A DNA stretch of 57,906 nt from Bryobacterales bacterium (GTDB lineage: Bacteria > Acidobacteriota > Terriglobia > Bryobacterales > Bryobacteraceae): assembly GCA_003167275.1 (NCBI GenBank), contig PMTT01000542.1:1-57906 (forward strand), in the 5' to 3' direction. A program made the position numbers and the translations under genes. Shown one piece after another: positions 53,789-57,906 of this stretch; the stretch's first letter is position 1, and each line of letters begins with the position of its first letter. Under the pieces are notes generated by a model that did no database searches, was not told the DNA's origin, and saw only the letters and a program-made list of their open reading frames with translations.

Positions 53789-54715
53789 ATGCTCCTCAGG
53801 CGCGTAACGGTTTCATCGCTCTTGCTATGCCTGACCTCGCTGGCACTCTCTTCGTGCTTCGCGAGGCGGCGCGGCTTCACGCGCCCGGGCGGCAAAACGA
53901 CCCAGACCCTGCTCCTGGCCGACAGCGACACCTTGCTCCGCGTCATTTCCAAACAATATGCCGCCGTTCGCGACTTCAACGCCACCGTGGACATGGTCCC
54001 CGCTCAAGGAAGCGCCGAAAAAAGCCACATCACCGAATACAAAGACGTCCGGGCCTTTATCCTCTTCCGTAAACAGGCCGATATCCGGATCATCGGGCTC
54101 CTCCCCGTAGTCCGCAATAAGGCCTTCGACATGGTTTCGAACGGCGCCAGCTTTCAACTGTACCTTCCCACGAAGAACCGGTTCATCACTGGCCGCAATG
54201 CAGACGAAGAGATCTCCCGGAACGCGCTGGAGAACCTCCGCCCTCATCATTTTCTAGATGCGCTGGTGGTGCGCCCGGTGGATCCCCGTGCCACCAAACT
54301 TCTGCTCGAGAACTTCACCGATGAGGACAACGCTTTCTACATCATCCATGAGATCCGCGAGACCCCGGACGGGCAATTGCACCTGCTTCGCACCATCTGG
54401 TTCAACCGCCTGGACTTGCAAATGGCCCGCCAGTTGATTTTCGACGGCTCCGGCAACATCCTCAGCGATGCCCGCTATTCGGAGTGGCGGCCCTACGACA
54501 ATATCGCGTTCCCCAAACACATCGAGATCAACTGGCCCCGTGAGGAGTCCGCGGTGGTGATCGATGTGGTGAAAATGGACATCAACAAAGGTGTATCGGA
54601 TGATAAGTTTGTGCTCGAACAACCCGAAGGAACCACCTTGCAGATCCTCGGCCAGCCGCCCGCGCCGGGCACGGCCAAGCCCCCTACAACTCCCCCCAAA
54701 GGACCCAAGAAGTGA
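53789..54715 (+). CDS. LolA-like outer-membrane lipoprotein-sorting family lipoprotein
   Basis: The lipobox is LTSLALSSC. The general LolA/LppX-like pattern and its position upstream of an ABC permease and ATPase support the call. Confidence 0.6.
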   Translation: MLLRRVTVSSLLLCLTSLALSSCFARRRGFTRPGGKTTQTLLLADSDTLLRVISKQYAAVRDFNATVDMVPAQGSAEKSHITEYKDVRAFILFRKQADIRIIGLLPVVRNKAFDMVSNGASFQLYLPTKNRFITGRNADEEISRNALENLRPHHFLDALVVRPVDPRATKLLLENFTDEDNAFYIIHEIRETPDGQLHLLRTIWFNRLDLQMARQLIFDGSGNILSDARYSEWRPYDNIAFPKHIEINWPREESAVVIDVVKMDINKGVSDDKFVLEQPEGTTLQILGQPPAPGTAKPPTTPPKGPKK

Positions 54716-55812
54716 CCGGTAAGCTCGTTCTGGAAAATCTCAAACACAAGCCTATGCGCAGCCTGCTCAGTTTCCTGCTCATCGGCATCCCTGTTACCTT
54801 GATCCTCACGCTGGTTGGGCTGAGTCACGGGATGCTGGCGGACTCCGAGCGCCGGGCGCGCGGCAGCGGAGCGGACATCATGGTGCGGGGGGCCGATGCC
54901 AAGGCAATTCTCAGCGGAGGCACCGCGACGCTGAGCGAGAAGTTTCTGGATCTCCTTGCCAGGCAGCCGCACGTGCAGGCGGTGATGGGCGTCGTCACCC
55001 ATCCCGTGGAACTGCCGCTGGTGGTCAACGGAGTGGATATCGACCAGTTCGACAAGGTGAGCGGGGGGCTCCATTTCCTGGCTGGCGGCCGGTTTCAGGG
55101 GCCGGAGGACGTCATTCTCGACCAGTATTACGCCAAACAGAAGAAGAAGCACGTGGGCGAGACGATCCAGATTCTGAATCGTTCCTGGCGCATTAGCGGC
55201 GTCGTAGAGGGTGGGCAACTGGCGCACATTCTGGTGCCGCTCAAGACCTTGCAGGACCTGGACTCAGTCAAAGGCAAGTTGACCCTGGTCTACCTGAAGC
55301 TGGACGACCCGGCCAACACCGACATGGTCAAGGAGTCGCTGAAACAACTGCTTCCGGGCTATCCCATCTGGTCGATGGAGGACGTGGCGTCGCAATTGCG
55401 CGAGAGCGTGAACAGTCAGGGGCTCAACGAGTTTATCGCCGTGATTGTGGGGATCGGAGTGGTGATTGGATTTGCCGTGGTGTGCCTCTCCATGTACATG
55501 GCGGTACTCCAGCGGACCCGCGAGATCGGGATTCTCAAGTCCCTGGGTGGCTCCAAGGGCTTTATCATTCGGATCATCTGGGCGGAAGCCTTGCTGCTCG
55601 GATTGGGTGGCACGGCTTTCGGAATCATCCTGAGCTACGGCGCCAGGTTGGCCATTGAAGCCCTGCAGCCGGCGTCCTTCCAGGTGGAAATCGTCTACGC
55701 ATGGTGGCCGAGAGCGTTGGCCATTACCCTGGCGGGTGCGACTTTGGGAGCGCTCTATCCAGGTCTGAGCGCCGCCAGTCACGACCCCATCGAGGCGCTG
55801 GCCTATGAATAA
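54712..55812 (+). CDS. ABC transporter permease (FtsX/MacB/LolC-E type)
   Basis: It has an N-terminal TM, a periplasmic domain and a C-terminal FtsX-like region ending LSAASHDPIEALAYE. Confidence 0.85.
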   Translation: MTGKLVLENLKHKPMRSLLSFLLIGIPVTLILTLVGLSHGMLADSERRARGSGADIMVRGADAKAILSGGTATLSEKFLDLLARQPHVQAVMGVVTHPVELPLVVNGVDIDQFDKVSGGLHFLAGGRFQGPEDVILDQYYAKQKKKHVGETIQILNRSWRISGVVEGGQLAHILVPLKTLQDLDSVKGKLTLVYLKLDDPANTDMVKESLKQLLPGYPIWSMEDVASQLRESVNSQGLNEFIAVIVGIGVVIGFAVVCLSMYMAVLQRTREIGILKSLGGSKGFIIRIIWAEALLLGLGGTAFGIILSYGARLAIEALQPASFQVEIVYAWWPRALAITLAGATLGALYPGLSAASHDPIEALAYE

Positions 55813-56488
55813 CGGTGACATCATCGAGATCCACGACCTGCGCAAGATCTACCGGGTCGGCAGAGTGGACGTGCCGGCGCTGCGCGGCGTGGATCTCAAT
55901 GTCAAACGAGGCGAATTCCTGGCCATCGTGGGGCCATCGGGCTCGGGAAAGTCCACGCTCTTCCACATCATTGGCGGCCTGACCCCGCCGACCACCGGGC
56001 AGGTGCGCGTCGCCGATCAGGACTTGGCCGCGCTGACGGATGCCGGCCGCACCAACCTCCGCAAGCGCAGCGTGGGCTTCATTTTTCAGAAGTTCAATCT
56101 GCTGCCGAACCTCACCGCGCGGGACAATATCGCGGTGGCCCGCTACATCGCCGGCACCGATCCCAAACCCGACCCGCAATTCGTGGAGGTGCTGCGGTTG
56201 CTGGGCATCGACAGCCGGCTGGACCACAAGCCGAGCGCCCTCTCCGGAGGGGAACAGCAGCGCATCGCCATCGCGAGGGCGATTGTGAATCATCCCGCCA
56301 TTCTGCTGGCCGACGAGCCGACGGGCAATCTCGACACCGAGAATTCCAAGGCCGTGCTGGAGATCCTGCGCGATCTGAACGAGCGCCTGGGGCAGACGAT
56401 CCTGATGATCACGCACAATCCCGAGGCTGCCGCCTACGGCCACCGCACCGTCCACATGCGCGACGGAAAGATCGTCGAGACATCGTAG
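55805..56488 (+). CDS. ABC transporter ATP-binding protein (LolD/MacB-like)
   Basis: Walker A is GPSGSGKST, the signature is LSGGEQQRIAIARA and Walker B is ILLADEPTGNLD. Confidence 0.9.
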   Translation: MNNGDIIEIHDLRKIYRVGRVDVPALRGVDLNVKRGEFLAIVGPSGSGKSTLFHIIGGLTPPTTGQVRVADQDLAALTDAGRTNLRKRSVGFIFQKFNLLPNLTARDNIAVARYIAGTDPKPDPQFVEVLRLLGIDSRLDHKPSALSGGEQQRIAIARAIVNHPAILLADEPTGNLDTENSKAVLEILRDLNERLGQTILMITHNPEAAAYGHRTVHMRDGKIVETS

Positions 56489-56508
56489 GGTATGCTTTAG
56501 CTTGCCCA
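56488..56508. repeat. solo half-copy of the REP-like element seen at 1-122
   Basis: gggtatgctttagcttgccca begins at the last base of the ATPase stop codon. No inverted partner lies nearby. Confidence 0.6.
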
Positions 56509-56594
56509 CCGTAAAATCAAAGACTCGCAGACGGCAAAAAAGGACATCCCGGAATCGGGAAGGTTGAAGTGAAACGGAAACAGGTCGATCGGCC

Positions 56595-56930
56595 ATGATC
56601 GTCAAACTACGACGGAGGAATCCACGGTATCCGGATCTCACACCCGGACAGCCCTATGTCATCATCGGAATCGAGGGCGATGATTTTCGAATTCTGAACG
56701 ATGCCGGGCGGCCCAATCTCTATCCTCCCGGCCTATTCATGGTGCTGGATGCCCGCGAGCCCGGGGACTGGGTCATGGAGTACGGTGACGACGGTGAGCG
56801 GTACACCTATCCGCCCCCGCTGAACCATCCCGGATTCTTCGAAGACTTTTTCGATGACCGGCCCAAGGCGGTGAGAACGTTCTGGCGGGTCGTGAACCAA
56901 CGTCTGGCAACTGCCAGTAAGGTGGCTTAA
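56595..56930 (+). CDS. hypothetical protein
   Basis: 111-aa ORF with balanced composition, followed by a terminator hairpin. Confidence 0.55.
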   Translation: MIVKLRRRNPRYPDLTPGQPYVIIGIEGDDFRILNDAGRPNLYPPGLFMVLDAREPGDWVMEYGDDGERYTYPPPLNHPGFFEDFFDDRPKAVRTFWRVVNQRLATASKVA

Positions 56931-57046
56931 ACGCCAGTTTCTGGGCGTTGGCCAGGCAACGGTCTTTCGAGAAATAGCCGACCGCGCGGAGAGATTTTTG
57001 GAGCGCCAGCGCGCCGCGGGTGGAGTTTCAGGGCAAGGCGGACTCG

Positions 57047-57074
57047 AAAAACCGGTACGGTGTACCGGTTTTTT
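57047..57074. terminator. bidirectional rho-independent terminator
   Basis: The sequence is aaaaACCGGTAC-ggt-GTACCGGTttttt, with an A-tract on one side and a T-tract on the other. Confidence 0.7.
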
Positions 57075-57105
57075 GCTTGTAAGTTAATGATTCTACAATA
57101 AACCG

Positions 57106-57128
57106 ACCGGTACACTGTACCGGTTTTT
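57106..57128 (+). terminator. second copy of the same hairpin (ACCGGTAC-act-GTACCGGT + T-tract)
   Basis: Read directly ~60 nt upstream of the CocE/NonD start. It may be a terminator, attenuator or duplicated element. Confidence 0.5.
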
Positions 57129-57190
57129 CCTTTTGAGCCGAGCGATCTCCCCTGGCCGCACCTGCTAATCTGGATCGAGCGGAGCTCGGA

Positions 57191-57906
<716 letters not shown>

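Overview
High-GC bacterial window, probably Acidobacteriota (an inference from MacB/ADOP-type permease remnants and kinase-TPR proteins). No rRNA or CRISPR was seen. (1) 1-9.9 kb is ordinary chromosome: two paralogous membrane-anchored MPN/JAB-like proteins, a CN-hydrolase, a class-V aminotransferase, a PLP decarboxylase and a divergent MocR regulator. (2) 9.9-15.9 kb is a scarred zone. It holds a ~215-bp duplicate of the MocR 3' end, two copies of a RelE/ParE toxin-antitoxin locus (both toxins dead), ABC-permease fragments and remnants of att arms. (3) 15,883-53,703 is a ~37.8-kb genomic island at tRNA-Ala(GGC). It has a 51-bp identical direct repeat, a tyrosine integrase, a Toprim/P-loop replication protein, an excisionase-like HTH, a ParB-methylase, a DUF3489-like protein and a family of small RRLxxLE proteins. 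Nested inside is a second, XerC/D-like recombinase next to six copies of a dif-like 22-bp site (GATAT-N6-ATATCGGTAGC) that separate visibly AT-richer gene cassettes. The most striking cassette (32.4-36.3 kb) combines a tandem MazG-like NTP pyrophosphatase, a Ser/Thr-kinase::SAMHD1-type HD dNTPase fusion and a nucleoside 2-deoxyribosyltransferase-like protein. I propose it as an undescribed deoxynucleotide-depletion (defence-like) module. A second cassette carries another NDT/SLOG-like gene plus a wHTH protein between 126-bp identical repeats. (4) 53.8-57.9 kb is chromosome again: a LolA-like lipoprotein, an ABC permease and ATPase, and a partial CocE/NonD hydrolase. All domain calls come from reading the translations by eye; no database was searched. 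Several indels (a C6 and a T5 homopolymer run, a short C run, one non-homopolymer insertion) suggest either pseudogenisation or assembly errors.
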